Shown here one piece after another: positions 13,028-26,070 of a stretch of DNA of 64,000 nt. The DNA is taken from assembly GCF_006345805.1 (NCBI RefSeq), contig NC_043001.1, forward strand, positions 21,018,001 to 21,082,000. The letters are read 5' to 3'. Position 1 is the first letter of the stretch; each line of letters starts with the position of its first letter. Source of the DNA: Octopus sinensis (lineage: Eukaryota). The notes under the pieces were generated by a model that ran no database searches, was not told where the DNA came from, and saw only the letters and a list, made by a program, of their open reading frames with translations. Made by a program: the position numbers and the translations under genes.

Positions 13028-14971
13028 TATTTATTATAACTGTCATCTTGTTTATCTTTTATTTGTTTCAGTCAGTAGACTGCGGCCATGCTGGGGCACC
13101 ACCTTGAAGAATTTTTAGTTGAATGAATCAACTCCAGTACTTATTGTTTTTTTTTTGTTTGTTTGTTTGGGTTTTTTTAAGCCGGGTACTTTATTCTATT
13201 GGTCCCTTTTGCCAAACCACTAAGTTACAGGGACGTAAACACACCAACACCGATTCTTAAGGTGAAATCATTAACACAAATAAAAAGTTGGAAAAAAAAA
13301 CCCGAAACAAAACAGTAATAGAGACTACTGCCTATATGATAAATTTAAAGACAAACATTATTTAAACCGTTTTTAGGATGACTGAATTAGGCATAAAATT
13401 TACAGTGTGTTCTACTAATTTGATATTCTGAAATTGGTTAGCTAGCTGGCTCTGACAGACAGCAAAGGCAGCCCATACAGTGGTGCTTTTGTCCTATCTA
13501 GATATTTATTCCTGGTGAATAAATAGGTTAGGGTGCTGAGATTCCAAGAGAGAAGAGTTTTAAAAGGAAATGATTCATCAGAAAGTTGTTGTCACTGACC
13601 TACTGATGCTGCTGGGATTTCATTTCTACTTACATCAAGCTTCTACACTGTTATTGTCCACCCACCCCTCTCTCTCTCTCTCTCACCTTCTCAACTCTTC
13701 CTTCTCTCTCATTTATAACTATCTCACCAATACTTAATTCTCTTATGAGCGCTTCTTTTTTTTTTTTTTTTGTATGTATGTACCAGCTTATCCATTTATT
13801 TCAATCTCTTCTACCATTATACTGTCCTACCACCAGCACCAGTATGTTTTGAGATAAGACTTTTCCCCTCTTATCAGAGAAGCTACCACCACTAATAGTG
13901 TGGCACACAACATTAATATTAATAACAACTACATAGCAGTAACTTAAGCAGTACAATACATTATAATTCTAGGAAAGAGACGGCTAAAGGAGAAAGAGAA
14001 GGGATGAGAAATAGAGAAAAGAAAAAGAAGAAAGGCATATAACAGTCTGAAGTAGAAGAGACAGCCACGGAGAAAAGGGGGAAAGAAGGCAGAATGGTAA
14101 ATAAGTTGGTGATAGTGTACATTCTACCGTTAAGAGGCTTTGATATGAAGCTAAGTTATGTAACATCTGTAGAAGGATATACAACCATTAATTTTCTTTG
14201 GTTATTAGCTATGTGAATTAATTTCCAGCGTTGTTACTTTTTAAAGTCAGGAGGAAAAAAAAAAATAAAAAAGGAAGTGAGAAACTAAAATAATTCTAGC
14301 ACATTTTGTTTGACCTTTTACTTACAACACACAGAGAAATGGCTAGTGTGCCATGGAAGAAGTATAGAATGAATAGCAACAGAAATGCCTACTTAATTAT
14401 AAATACATATATTGTAGTCTCCAGGTATCTTCATGTTCTAGTAATTTATTATTATTATTTTTATAAAAATTATATTATATTCATTGCTTTTGTAAAAGCT
14501 ATTTTATGAAATTATCTTATGACATGAGAGGGACAGGCAGTTTGTCTTATGTTATTAGAGGACTGGGCCGTCCTGGCATCTCAGCTTCCATAGTCTGAAA
14601 TTTGGCTGTTTCCTCACCAGATAAGGTCATACATTGTTCAAATGATTTAATGATAATAATTACCATTTTCACTTCTTCCTTTCTAATATGGAGTCAGGAG
14701 ATATTAAATACATTATCTATAGAGAAAGGAAAGGAATTTCAAGCAACAGGTTTCCTCATCTCTCTATGTATGTATGTCACATGAAAAGCTGAAGATTTCA
14801 CAACCGAAATATGAAAATTCAACCAAGGCTGTCTACTTCCATATAACTTTAAATGAAAAATAAATCTATTTTAGAAGTTAAGATTAGATTTGTTTTCTCA
14901 CTATTAAAAGTCAGCAACTCCCTTAGATAGGCCTCATTCTACATCATATATACATATACATAAATCATGCT

Positions 14972-15032
<61 letters not shown>

Positions 15033-15167
15033 TAAATAAATACAGTGTACATTTATATTTTTTTATATTTTTATATGAATAATATATAGTCTATTCACTA
15101 GTTTCTTCTCACTAGACCACTAGTACCAAAGAAATTTTTCTAAATTTTTTTTGATACCCTGAGATTT

Positions 15168-15205
<38 letters not shown>

Positions 15206-15283
15206 TATATATATAAAGCCCAATTTATTCATGATCAGGTGTTCAAAAACGGAGGTACTACTGTATGTATAAATAAATATATT

Positions 15284-15640
15284 CTTTTATTTGTTTCAGC
15301 CATGCTGGAGCACTGCCTTTAGTCGAACAAATAGACCCAGGAACTTATTCTGTGTAAGCCTAGCACTTGTGCTATCGGTCTCTCTTGCCGGGCTGCTAAG
15401 TTACAGGAATGTAAACACACCACCATCAGTTGTCAAGCGATGGGGGGGGGGGGTGACAAATACAGACATACAAACACATATTTATTCTTTCGGTTTCTGC
15501 CTACCAAATCCACTTACAAGGCTTTGATCAGCCCAAGGATATAATAGAAGACACTTACCCTAGGTGCCACGCAGTGGGACTGAACCCAAGACCATGTGGT
15601 TAGTAAGCAAGCTACTTACCACACAGCCACTCCTGTGCCT
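15284..15640 (-). mobile_element. SINE-A
   Basis: Reverse complement of the SINE-A consensus from tail to head (cacacagccactcctg). Confidence 0.85.
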
Positions 15641-15654
15641 ATATATAACTTTTT

Positions 15655-15861
15655 AAATTGCTTCAGTCATTAGACTGTGGCCATGCTGGGGTACTACTTT
15701 GAAGAATTTTTAGTCGAATAAATCAACTCCAGTACTGTTTTTTTTTTGTTTGAAGCCTGATACTTATTCTATCAATTTCTTTTGCCGAACCACTAAGTTA
15801 TGGGGTCATAAACACACCAACACTAGTTGCCAAGTGGTAGAGGACAAACGCAGACACAAGG

Positions 15862-15920
<59 letters not shown>

Positions 15921-16078
15921 GCTTCTTTCAGTTTCTGCCTACCAAATCCTCTCATAAGGCTTTAGTCGACCCAAGGCTAGAGTAGAAGATGCCCAAGGTG
16001 CCACGCAATGGGACTGAACCCAGACTGGAACCATGTGATTAGGAAGCAACCTTCTTGCCATACAGCCACACCTGCGTC
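15655..16078 (-). mobile_element. SINE-A with expanded central (TA)n
   Basis: Tail at left, head ...cagccacacctgc at right. Confidence 0.85.
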
Positions 16079-16318
16079 TATATAAATATAAATATGTGTG
16101 TGTATACACATACATAAAACATACTATAATCAAATATTCTTTATACATGCAGGCATTTTACACACAGACACACATGCTTATATACATAGAGTGGACTATA
16201 TATTATGAGAACCTAAAACTGGCAGAGCACACAAAAGAGAACTTTTTTCCCCCTTCAGTTTTGAACACAAGGGTTTAATGTGCCTGATATAAAACAAAGT
16301 AAAAAAGAAATGAGGAAA

Positions 16319-16708
16319 GAAGTGGCTGTGTGGTGAGTAGCTTCCTTACCAACCACATGGTTCTGGGTTCAGTCCCACTGCGTGGCACCTTGGGCAAGTG
16401 TCTTCTACTATAGCCTCGGGCTGACCAAAGCCTTGTGAGTGGATTTGGTAGACGGAAACTGAAAGAAGCCCGTCGTATATATGTGTATGTATATATATAT
16501 ATATATGTGTCTGTGTTTGTCCCCCCAACATTGCTTGACAACCGATGCCGGTGTGTTTACGTCCTCGTCACTTAGCAGTTCAGCAAGAGACACTGATAGA
16601 ATAAGTACTAGGCTTACAAAGAATAAGTCCTGGGGTAGATTTACTTGACTAAAAGGCGGTGCTCCAGCATGGCTGCAGTCAAATGACTGAAACAAGTAAA
16701 AGAGTAAA
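16319..16708 (+). mobile_element. SINE-A, young copy
   Basis: Close match to 24284-24690 with most CpGs retained. Confidence 0.9.
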
Positions 16709-16828
16709 GGGTTTTTAATCCTTGTCTTTGTTAAACTACTAAAAATGAAATTGTTCTTAAATATTATCATGGCATCTCTGTTCTATGACTCAAAGCTGTT
16801 TTTGAAATATTTTCTGAGGACAATTTAA

Positions 16829-17048
16829 CCCTTTTGTTACCAACCCAACTGAAACCGGCTCTGGCTCTGAGTACTAATGTCTTGTTTTCATAAGTTTTGA
16901 ATCAAAATCTTCCACCAAACCTTAGTCACAATTTATGTTCCTAACACTAGCTTAATGATAACTAGGTTATTTTACTAAATTCTTTGTTATATTTAAAGTA
17001 ATTGAAAGAAACACAGAGCACCTCAAAATAAATACAGTAACAAGAGGG
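16829..17048 (+). mobile_element. piggyBac-type MITE family D
   Basis: TTAA|CCCTTTTGTTAC...GTAACAAGAGGG|TTAA, 220 bp. Confidence 0.9.
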
Positions 17049-17679
17049 TTAAACTTTGTTTGAATGTAATGACCTATTGTTGAATGTAGCTTTTTATCTT
17101 CTTAATCTTTTAAGACAATATTAACTATTAATGTATGATAATTTGCATATAAAGTAAGCAACAGCATTAATTGCAACATTATGTTTTCCTCCATAATTAT
17201 TAATTACTATAAGGAGAAACAAAATGGGTTTAAATGTCTATTAACTTCATCTTTTTAGGTTCTGTTTACATCATATGAAAATGTAGAAGATTCAAGAAAT
17301 AAGAAATAAATCATTTTAATGGTGAATCTCAGAAATTGATACAGCTATAAATAATATTGTGTGGTATACTGGATTCAAAAAAAAAACTTGATGGGAGAAA
17401 AATGGTTGACGGCTATCCTTCCTACACGGAGTCTTCAGTGATCTTCCCAAATCAGTTCCATACCCTTCAGACAGCCATCCACTTTTTTTTTCAATCCAAT
17501 ATACTACATTCCATTATTTATAGCTGTATCATATTCTGAGATTCACTGTTAAATAATTTACTTAATATTTTCATTATGTTTCCAAGCTGTGCTCCTTCAA
17601 GTCTCATTGAGACAGCTCATCCCACACTCCAGTTGATTGTTGCCACAAGTACAAATCTCTCTCACACACACACATGTGT

Positions 17680-18140
17680 GAGGGTATTGGCTTAGGGTAT
17701 TTGGCTCACAATCATAAGGCTTTGATTTCAATTCCTGACAGCACATTGTGTCCTTAAGCAAGACACTTTCTTCCATGTTGCTCCAGTCCACTCAGCTGAC
17801 AAAAATGAGTTGCACTAGTAATTCAATGGGTCAGCCTTGTCACATTCTTATTTCTTTATTGTCCACAAGAGGCTAAACATAGAGGGGACAAATAAGGACA
17901 GACAAAGGGGTTAAGTTGATTACATCAACCCCAATGCGTAACTGGTACTTATTTAATCGACCCCGAAAGGATGAAAGGCAAAGTCGACCTCGACGGAATT
18001 TGAACTCAGAATGTAGTGGCAAATGAAATACCGCTAAGCATTTCATCCAGTGTGCTAACAATTCTGCCAGCTTGCCGCTTTGTCGCATTCTGTATTACAC
18101 TGACCCTTCCACAGAACTACATTAAGGAGTATGCATGTTT
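17680..18140 (+). mobile_element. SINE-H (CORE-like gtgtccttaagcaagacact motif) interrupted by SINE-C (17849-18079, minus strand)
   Basis: 12-bp TSD ttgtcacattct (17837) / ttgtcgcattct (about 18080). Confidence 0.8.
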
Positions 18141-18261
18141 GTGGGTTGCTTAACCATTTGCATGTTAATTCCATGAGCAGGTTGTAACTGGCGGAGTGCT
18201 AGTTTATATATATATATAAACACACATTTAAACACATATATTTCCACAGAAGGTAGGTACA

Positions 18262-18657
18262 GGTGAGGCCATGTAGTAAGAAGTTTGCTTCCCAACCACA
18301 AGGTTCCGGGTTCAGTCTCACTGCATGACACCTTGGACAATGTTTTCTACTCTAGCCTCGGGTCAACCAAAGCCTTGTGAGTGGATTTGGTAGATGGAAA
18401 CTGAAAAGAAGCCATTGTAGGTCTATATATATTTATGTATGTTGTTGTGTTTGTGTCTGTCCTTCATCACCACTTGAAAACCAGAGTTAGTGAGTTTATG
18501 CCCCGGTAACTTAGCAGTTCAGCAAAAGAGACTAATAGAATAAATGCCAAGCTTAAAAAGATAAGCAGTGCAGTTGATTCATTTGACTAAAAATTCTTCA
18601 AGGCAGAGCCCCAGCATGGCCACAAGTCAACTGACTGAAACAAGTAAAAGATAAAAG
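18262..18657 (+). mobile_element. SINE-A
   Basis: Head, CORE-like motif and tail all recognisable. Confidence 0.82.
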
Positions 18658-18863
18658 ATCCTAGGACAGGTTAAAGACCACTCGACTACATTGATGGTAT
18701 TGTCAGAGACATAACATGAAACAGAGGACCTACCAAAGCCAAGAGACAACAATGGTACTGTGAAATACATCACTTGAAGATTTCTTTATAAATTACCTAA
18801 GTTAGGTTGGGTAGCCAAATGTCACTCATAAATAAGAATTTATCTTAGCTTCTCTTTCATTAA

Positions 18864-19069
18864 CTTTTCAGCATAGCTGGCCAAAATATTCTACCTGTTT
18901 TATGCTTGGGCTGGCCCGATGTAGCCTCTCATGCTAACCTTACAATATCATTAAGAAAATGAAGTTCCTTCATTAAAATGTCAAAGCTACAAGATAATGC
19001 ATGATTAATTCAAAACAATGTGAATAAATAAGCATTAGTTTTCATAGAATAATGTAAATTATTAAAGGG
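18864..19069 (+). mobile_element. piggyBac-type MITE family E, degenerate
   Basis: Internal homology to 28252-28472; right end AAAGGG|TTAA. Confidence 0.75.
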
Positions 19070-19164
19070 TTAATGTAAAATGATGATACCAACATTCATA
19101 CAAACTGCCTGAAGTTTTTTTTTTTTTTTTTTTGGAAAGCTTTTATCACTGGACAATAACCTCC

Positions 19165-19200
19165 AGCAAATTGTATGGTTTTAAAACCATACAATTTGCT
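19165..19200. repeat. Perfect 36-bp palindrome
   Basis: agcaaattgtatggtttt|aaaaccatacaatttgct with no spacer. Confidence 0.95.
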
Positions 19201-20699
19201 TGTTTTAAACCATACAATTTACAAAAGTAAAGATGGGTTTAAAATGTTACTTCTTTTGTTAATGAAATGAAATAAGATGTCTGAATAATTAGGCCAATAT
19301 TACATTCCTAAAAGGTAAAAATTGATTATTGATAAAAGCCTACAAATTTAGAAAATTAAAACCAATACAATTCCTTAATGTCATTGAAACTGAAGCAATT
19401 ATAGATCAATGAAGTTCAGATTGAGTGAAAAGGAGTAATTCAATCTGCTAGATAGAGCAGCCAATATTCCCTCAAATTATATCCTACCATTTGAAAAGTG
19501 TAGAACGTAGCCCAGGATACATTATACCTCAAACAAAGAAGAGAAGCAGACTTCATGTCTTAAACCCCTTTGATCATTTACTCAATAAGGGCTTACTTGG
19601 AGTTAAATAAGATTAGATGTCACTAAAGTTATTAATAATAAACAATGAAATGAAAAAAGCAAATATTGTCTATTTCTTAAAAATCACCAAGCTGACTTTT
19701 AGCATTCTTATATCGAGGTACAAGCCTATAAAATTTGAAGGAGATGGATACATTCGATTGAATAACTGCTAGAAGGATAAAACGAAGTCAGCTCCATTAG
19801 GACTTGAATTGAGAGAGGTGAAACTAAATACTAAACTATTTAGTCTGGTTCTGTATTGTTTATTCTTTTTACTAGTTTTAGTCATTCAGCAGTTCACATG
19901 CTGGAGCAGTGCCATATTTCTGCAGCTTCTCCACCTTTTGGAATACACTGGTGTTTGATAAAACCAATGGAATTTTTAAAAATAAGGAAACTATGGGCCA
20001 TGGGTCATGATATTTTATGCCAATAATCTTATGATAATGATGCCTATGTATCAATAAGTATTGGAGTGTCCTAAAAAAACCCAACTCTATCACCCTACCT
20101 CAGTAAGTAAGTTAAAATTCACACTCAGTGACCTCTTTGCAGAAGTAATGAACTTACTAGCCTGTTAGTCCAACCACCTACTCTGAAGATATGTAATAGA
20201 CAGTGTAAGCTAGAAGATAGAAGTGGTAGGGAGAGGGAGAAACAGAAATATCTTTCAATTACAGACAATTTGTTGAATAAGCAGCTGACATGTGGTTGCT
20301 CCACTTGCTGAAAATAGCAGCCAAAACTCTCACAATTCACAGCCTACCATCTTAAATAGTAAAACTATTCAAGCATTTCATAATTGTTTAAAGTACACTT
20401 ATTACAGGAAGTGAAATATAATGAATGCAGAAAGTATGTGTATCTTAAAAGTTGTGCCATCATAATACTTTAACAAGTGTCATTACTTTATTAAACCCTA
20501 CCATCAATTTAGTGTAAGTTTTTGCCTAAGATATATAAATCAACATTACTGAGCCAAGGAAGCTTCTATGTAGTCACGCAGTTTGATAGAAATAGAAGCT
20601 AATATCCAATTGCTACCAACCCACCTGAGACTGCCGCTTGATCGTGACCTGTTTTAAAGTCATCTAAAAACATTCCATCAAAATTTCATACTCTTAACA

Positions 20700-20839
20700 C
20701 TCTTTCACTCGTTTCAGTCATTTGACTGTGGCCATGCTGGAGCACCGCCTTTTAGTCGAGCAAATCGACCCCAGGACTTATTCTTTGTAAGCCTAGTACT
20801 TATTCTATCAGTCACTTTTTGCCGAACTGCTAAGTTCAG

Positions 20840-20871
<32 letters not shown>

Positions 20872-21088
20872 TAAGTTACGGTATATATATATATATATAT
20901 ATATGGGTGGCACGTAAAAAGCACCCACTACACTCACGGAGTGGTTGGCGTTAGGAAGGGCATCCAGCTGTAGAAACATTGCCAGATAAGACTGCAGCCT
21001 TCTGGCTTCCCAGATCCCCGGTCGAACCGTCCAACCCATGCTAGCATGGAGAACGGACGTTAAACGATGATGATGATGATGATGACGA

Positions 21089-21131
<43 letters not shown>

Positions 21132-21321
21132 GGGTGGCACGTAAAAAGCACCCACTACACTCACGGAGTGGTTGGCGTTAGGAAGGGCATCCAGCTGTAG
21201 AAACATTGCCAGATAAGACTGCAGCCTTCTGGCTTCCCAGATCCCCAGTCGAACCGTCCAACCCATGCTAGCATGGAGAACGGACGTTAAACGATGATGA
21301 TGATGATGATGACGATATATG

Positions 21322-21353
<32 letters not shown>

Positions 21354-21530
21354 TAGATATATACGACGGGCTTCTTTCTGTTTCCGTCTACCAATTCCAC
21401 TCACAAGGCTTTGGTTGGCACGAGGCTATAGTAGAAGACACTTGCCCAAGGTGCCACACAGTGGGACTGAAACCGGAACCATGTGGTTAGTAAGTAAGCT
21501 ACTTACCGCACAGCCACTCTTGCGCCTATG
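20700..21530 (-). mobile_element. SINE-A (minus strand) containing a tandem dimer of element B (plus strand, about 20905-21320)
   Basis: SINE-A tail at 20700-20836 and head at about 21350-21530. B units start at 20906 and 21133 (period 227). Confidence 0.87.
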
Positions 21531-21911
21531 CACTATAATGATTTTTTAAGAAAACAATGAATAACTTGGAGAAAAAGCAACACTCTCCTATATTTTGTTC
21601 TTTAGTTTAAGCAATTCATTTATCTATATATTTCTTACTTTCATTATGATGATTAATAACTTAAAGTTTACCTAGATAGTAGTTAGTAATAACTGGTTGA
21701 TGTTCAGTTGAATTGCGCAAGGATACAAAATACAATGGCCATGAATAAACAAATCTATTGACATAACTAGAACCCACATATCTATTGTTTTTGCTGGGTG
21801 ACCTTGTCACCAAATTAGACAACAGACCATCTGAAGAAGAACAACAAAGCTCTGAGTGAAGATGGCCAAGCTAAAGATGAGACAGAGATTTGCATCAACT
21901 ATATTGTATGG

Positions 21912-22141
21912 GTGGCAAGCTGGCAGAAACGCTAGCACGCCGGGCGAAATGCGTAGCCGTATTTCGTCTGCCGTTACATTCTGGGTTCAAATTCCGCCAG
22001 GGTCAACTTTGCCTTTCATCCTTTCGGGGTCGATAAATTAAGTACCAGTTACGCACTGGGGTCGATGTAATCGACTTAATCTGTTTGTCTGTGCTTGTTT
22101 GTCCCCTCTGTGTTTGGTCCCTCGTGAGTAGTAAAGAAATA
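21912..22141 (+). mobile_element. SINE-C with 12-bp TSD
   Basis: tatattgtatgg at 21900-21911 and 22142-22153. Confidence 0.9.
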
Positions 22142-22156
22142 TATATTGTATGGTGC

Positions 22157-22295
22157 GTTAGGAAGGGCATCCAGCTGTAGAAATATTGCCAGATAAGACT
22201 GGAGCCTGGTGCAGCCTTCTGGCTTCCCAGATCCCCGGTCGAACCGTCCAACCCATGCTGGCATGGAGAACGGACGTTAAACGATGATGATGATG
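22157..22295 (+). mobile_element. 5'-truncated element B with 7-bp TSD
   Basis: atggtgc at 22150-22156 and 22296-22302. Confidence 0.85.
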
Positions 22296-23232
22296 ATGGT
22301 GCATTCTGTAGCTTTCAAAGCTGGTCTTGGTTTAGGTCAGAAATCTGCATAACTACAAAAATTTGCACCTACCAAACAATCCTTTGCACCAACCTGCTAT
22401 GTGGCTGCAAGGTATGGCCAATGAAAGCAAATAGACTTATACAAGCTGAAAGCATTTGACCAAGTTTGTTTTTGTTTTCACCAAATCCCCAATGTTTGTG
22501 TTTTGGGTTTTGTGTCAAACTCTGAAGTTCACTGTTGTTTTTTTGGATTCCCTTCAACAACTTATCCTCAAAAAGCACCTCTGTTGATTTTTACACGCAG
22601 TGCGTCATCCACAGGGTAACTCATCTGTAATATAGTTACACCAGAGTGTATAGCACCCTTATCAGACGCAGTCATGATGAGTATATTGGGCTCTGTACAT
22701 TTGTACCCCAGTGTCACTTTGATGGCACACACAGTTCTCTCAAAGAAGAAGAAGAAGGAGGAGGAGGAGGAGGAGGAGAAGAAGAAGAAGAAGCAGCAGC
22801 AGCAGCTTGTATTCTAAAGAAAGCCTTACTTGAAATTAGAATGACATAAAACAATGGGGTGAACAGTTGAAAACTTGGATTAATATGATTCTGCTGCATC
22901 TTAAGTTCATATCAGGTCCTCACATGTATGGTGTCTGCCACTGGAATCATGATCATGATCACTAGGCATAGCTGAATTCTGTTTGTGATTCTGTGAATTC
23001 ACTAGTTACAGCTGACACAACTCGTCCTGAGTAAATGCTTACACAAGCAGAATGTGTTAGTTTGTTCATAAAAAGAGGAGATGAAATTTGAGTTTGTTGT
23101 TTCCTTGGGACATGTAATCTGTATTCAGTGTTGTTGAAACGGACCAATTTATCAAGACCCTTTTCAGGATAGGTGGGAGACCCCCATTCATAGAATGGTT
23201 GTGTATAGATAAATATGGATGCAGAAATTAAC

Positions 23233-23452
23233 CCTTTCGTTACTAACCCGGCTAAAACCGGCTCTGGCTCTGTAATATAAATGTCTTGTTTTCATAAGTT
23301 TTGAATTAAAATCTTCCACCAAACCTTAGTCACAATTACTGTTCCTATCACTAGCTTAATGATAACTAAGTTATTTTACAAAATTCTTTGTCATATCTAA
23401 AATAATTGAGAGAAACACAGAGCATCTCAAAATAAATACAGTAACAAAAGGG
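23233..23452 (+). mobile_element. piggyBac-type MITE family D
   Basis: TTAA|CCCTTTCGTTAC...GTAACAAAAGGG; right-hand TTAA not retained. Confidence 0.87.
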
Positions 23453-24283
23453 AAACTGGGTATTGAGACAATAGAGACTAAGGATTTACTTGAACGTAAC
23501 ATCATAAACAGGCATCTTTACAGCAACATATAGAGATATCTGCTTATTCAGATTTGAGATGTGGTGGGGTTTTAAACTTTCATCCATTCAAGAATAATAA
23601 CTGCCAATGGTATGAAGTGGAAAAGCCATCTAAGTTGACCAATGAGATCCCTTAAAAGAAACAGCATAAAATCTATGTAACAGACTACGGAGGATATGAA
23701 TTAACTCTATATTTATTCTAAGATGATATTGGTGTTATTACCCACATAAAGAAAACACTTTAACAACTGGAGGATCACAATTTTGACCTAGTTAAGCATC
23801 ACAAGCCTTGAGGTGTTTACAACCATGCATGTTCTTTCAGTCAGAATATTTATATCAATTAATATCCAAAATAAATCGTACGGGGGTGTAGATTTAGAAA
23901 TTGGTGTCCAAAGAAAATTATGTGTAATTTTCATACACACTTGATATGACATATGAATTAATTATAAACACGTGTGGGTCTAATTGTACTGAAACTGATG
24001 AGAAGCAACTAGGTCAAAATCACAATCTTTTAGTTATTATACCCACATGTTTCACAAACATAAGCATCTGTCTCAACCACTTCTAACCATGCTAAGACTG
24101 CACATATTTGACCAAACCAAGATGAGTTCCTATAGGACTATGGTTGTGTGATAATATCTTTATATTCCGACATGTCTTGAGGAAGAGATAACCATTCAAA
24201 CAGCCCCACTGACATTGCATTTGTGGATATGTTTGACTCAGTCATTGTGGAGTATCACAGAAAAAAAAATGACATGTCATCAA

Positions 24284-24690
24284 GGCGCAGGAGTGGCTGT
24301 GTGGTAAGTAGCTTGCTAACCAGCCACATGGTTCCGGGTTCAGTCCCACTGCGTGGCATCTTGGGCAAGTGTCTTCTACTATAGCCCCGGGCCGACCAAT
24401 GCCTTGTGAGTGGATTTGGTAGACGGAAACTGAAAGAAGCCTGTCGTATATATATGTATATACATATAAGTGTGTGTGTATATATTTGTGTGTCTGTGTT
24501 TGTCCCCCTAGCATTGCTTGACAACCGATGCTGGTGTGTTTATGTCCCTGTCACTTAGCGGTTCGGCAAAAGAGACCGATAGAATAATTACTGGGCTTAC
24601 AAAGAATAAGTCCCGGGGTCGATTTGCTCGACTAAAGGCGGTGCTCCAGCATGGCCGCAGTCAAATGACTGAAACAAGTAAAAGAGTAAA
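24284..24690 (+). mobile_element. SINE-A, full-length reference-like copy (tRNA-derived head, CORE-like motif)
   Basis: A box tggctgtgtgg, B box ggttcagtccc, then tcttgggcaagtgtc, central microsatellite, tail ctgaaacaagtaaaagag. Confidence 0.92.
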
Positions 24691-25934
24691 TCCGATCCAG
24701 CTAATAGAACTATAGGCATTTTAGCAAAGTAAATACAGCTACAAGAGAGACAGAAGAGAAATTTGTTCATGGTAAAATTGTGGTGTTTGGGGTTTGATTT
24801 GTCTACTGAAGGTTCGGGTCAACCAGTACAAGCAAATAACATTTAAGTATATGGATGTATGCCTATGTAGCTAGCATGTTAACATGGGAAGGTGGAGACA
24901 TGTCTATATAAGAGACAAAGAAGAGAGTGAAGAAAAGTTTGTCTTTCTGACAAAGTAATTAATCTTCTATCTTATTACTTGCTTCAATCATTAGGCTGAG
25001 GCACCACCTTGTCTTGTGTTCTTGAGCAAGGCACTTCATTTCATTGTTCTGTGATCATTTCAACATCTGACACATGGCACCCATTGCACCTGTGCAGGTA
25101 ATGTCGATCTGATGGGGGGAATGAGCTTATGTCTATACAAGCATTTAATCACTATAAACAAATCATCTGTGCAGTTGTTCGGTAAGAAATTGTCGAACTC
25201 TCATATGTCGTCTAATGACGAGAGAGTCCATTATATATATATATATATAGAATTATATATACATACAACAGACTTCTACAGTTTTTGAGTTTCTGTTACC
25301 AAATTTCCCACAAAAAAATTGGTTGACCTGGGGCTATAGTAGAAGATGTTTGCCTAAGGTGTCATGCAGTTGGATGGAACTCAAAGTCACGTGGCTTCTA
25401 AGTGAGTTTAACCACAAAATCAAGTTAATTACAAAAGAAACGCACGAGATTCACTCTGTTGACAAATGGTGTGAGTATAAGGAGGGATAGAGAGAGAGAG
25501 AGAGAGAAAGGAGGGGGGGAATCTATACAGTTTGTTGAACAGTGTATCAGGGTACTATGGAGCAGCTGTGGATAATGAACTGTAATAATAGCTAAACAAT
25601 CCCTGAATGTAATCAAATCATAACATCTACACAAAAAATAATTATAGGAAATATCTGAGGCAAACATTATGTAATCAACCTAAATTAATTGCCACATTTG
25701 TTTCCAGCCATCAGGGAACGAGAGTATTTTTGGGTGGAACCAACAAAAAAAGATGAACAAATTAAAATGAATAAAACATCCCAACATCCATCTTTTATCT
25801 TTTACTTGTTTCAGTCATTGGATTGCAGCCAAGCTGGAGTCCTCTGCCTTAAAGGGTCAAGTCAAACAAAATGCTCCTAGTAATTATTTTTCAACTCTGA
25901 AACTTATTCTATAGTCCTTTTATATATTACTTAA

Positions 25935-26070
25935 CCGACGACCGCTCGGTTCAAAGTCTCCCTTGACCACAAATGGCCTGAACTCTTTGCATGAACACCA
26001 CCCTGTACATAACTCCATGTCCCCCTACATGGCCTTGCTTTTTGCTTTTTGAGCCAAAAAATTAACTTAA
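25935..26070 (+). mobile_element. CR1-type LINE 3' fragment
   Basis: Reverse complement of 26464-26598. Confidence 0.8.

Noticed and set aside
12846-13118. Duplicated ~90-aa ORF (also 9063-9332) as a paralogous gene pair
   Set aside because: Both lie inside copies of the same non-autonomous Helitron, and the C-termini diverge beyond the element end.
16275-16770. Recurrent peptides such as RRASFSFRLPNPLTRLWSARGYSRR, MFLQLDALPNANHS and KSIISTPVRNWYLFNRP
   Set aside because: They are translations of SINE-A, B and C copies, not a gene family.
19878-20093. PWPIVS motif as the missing PSKH1 exon
   Set aside because: There is no AG acceptor before the PW codons, and the following residues lack AKDFI..LL and HPW.
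24284-24360. tRNA genes at SINE heads (A, C, H families)
   Set aside because: A/B boxes are present, but each continues into a SINE body and tail, and I could not fold a complete cloverleaf.
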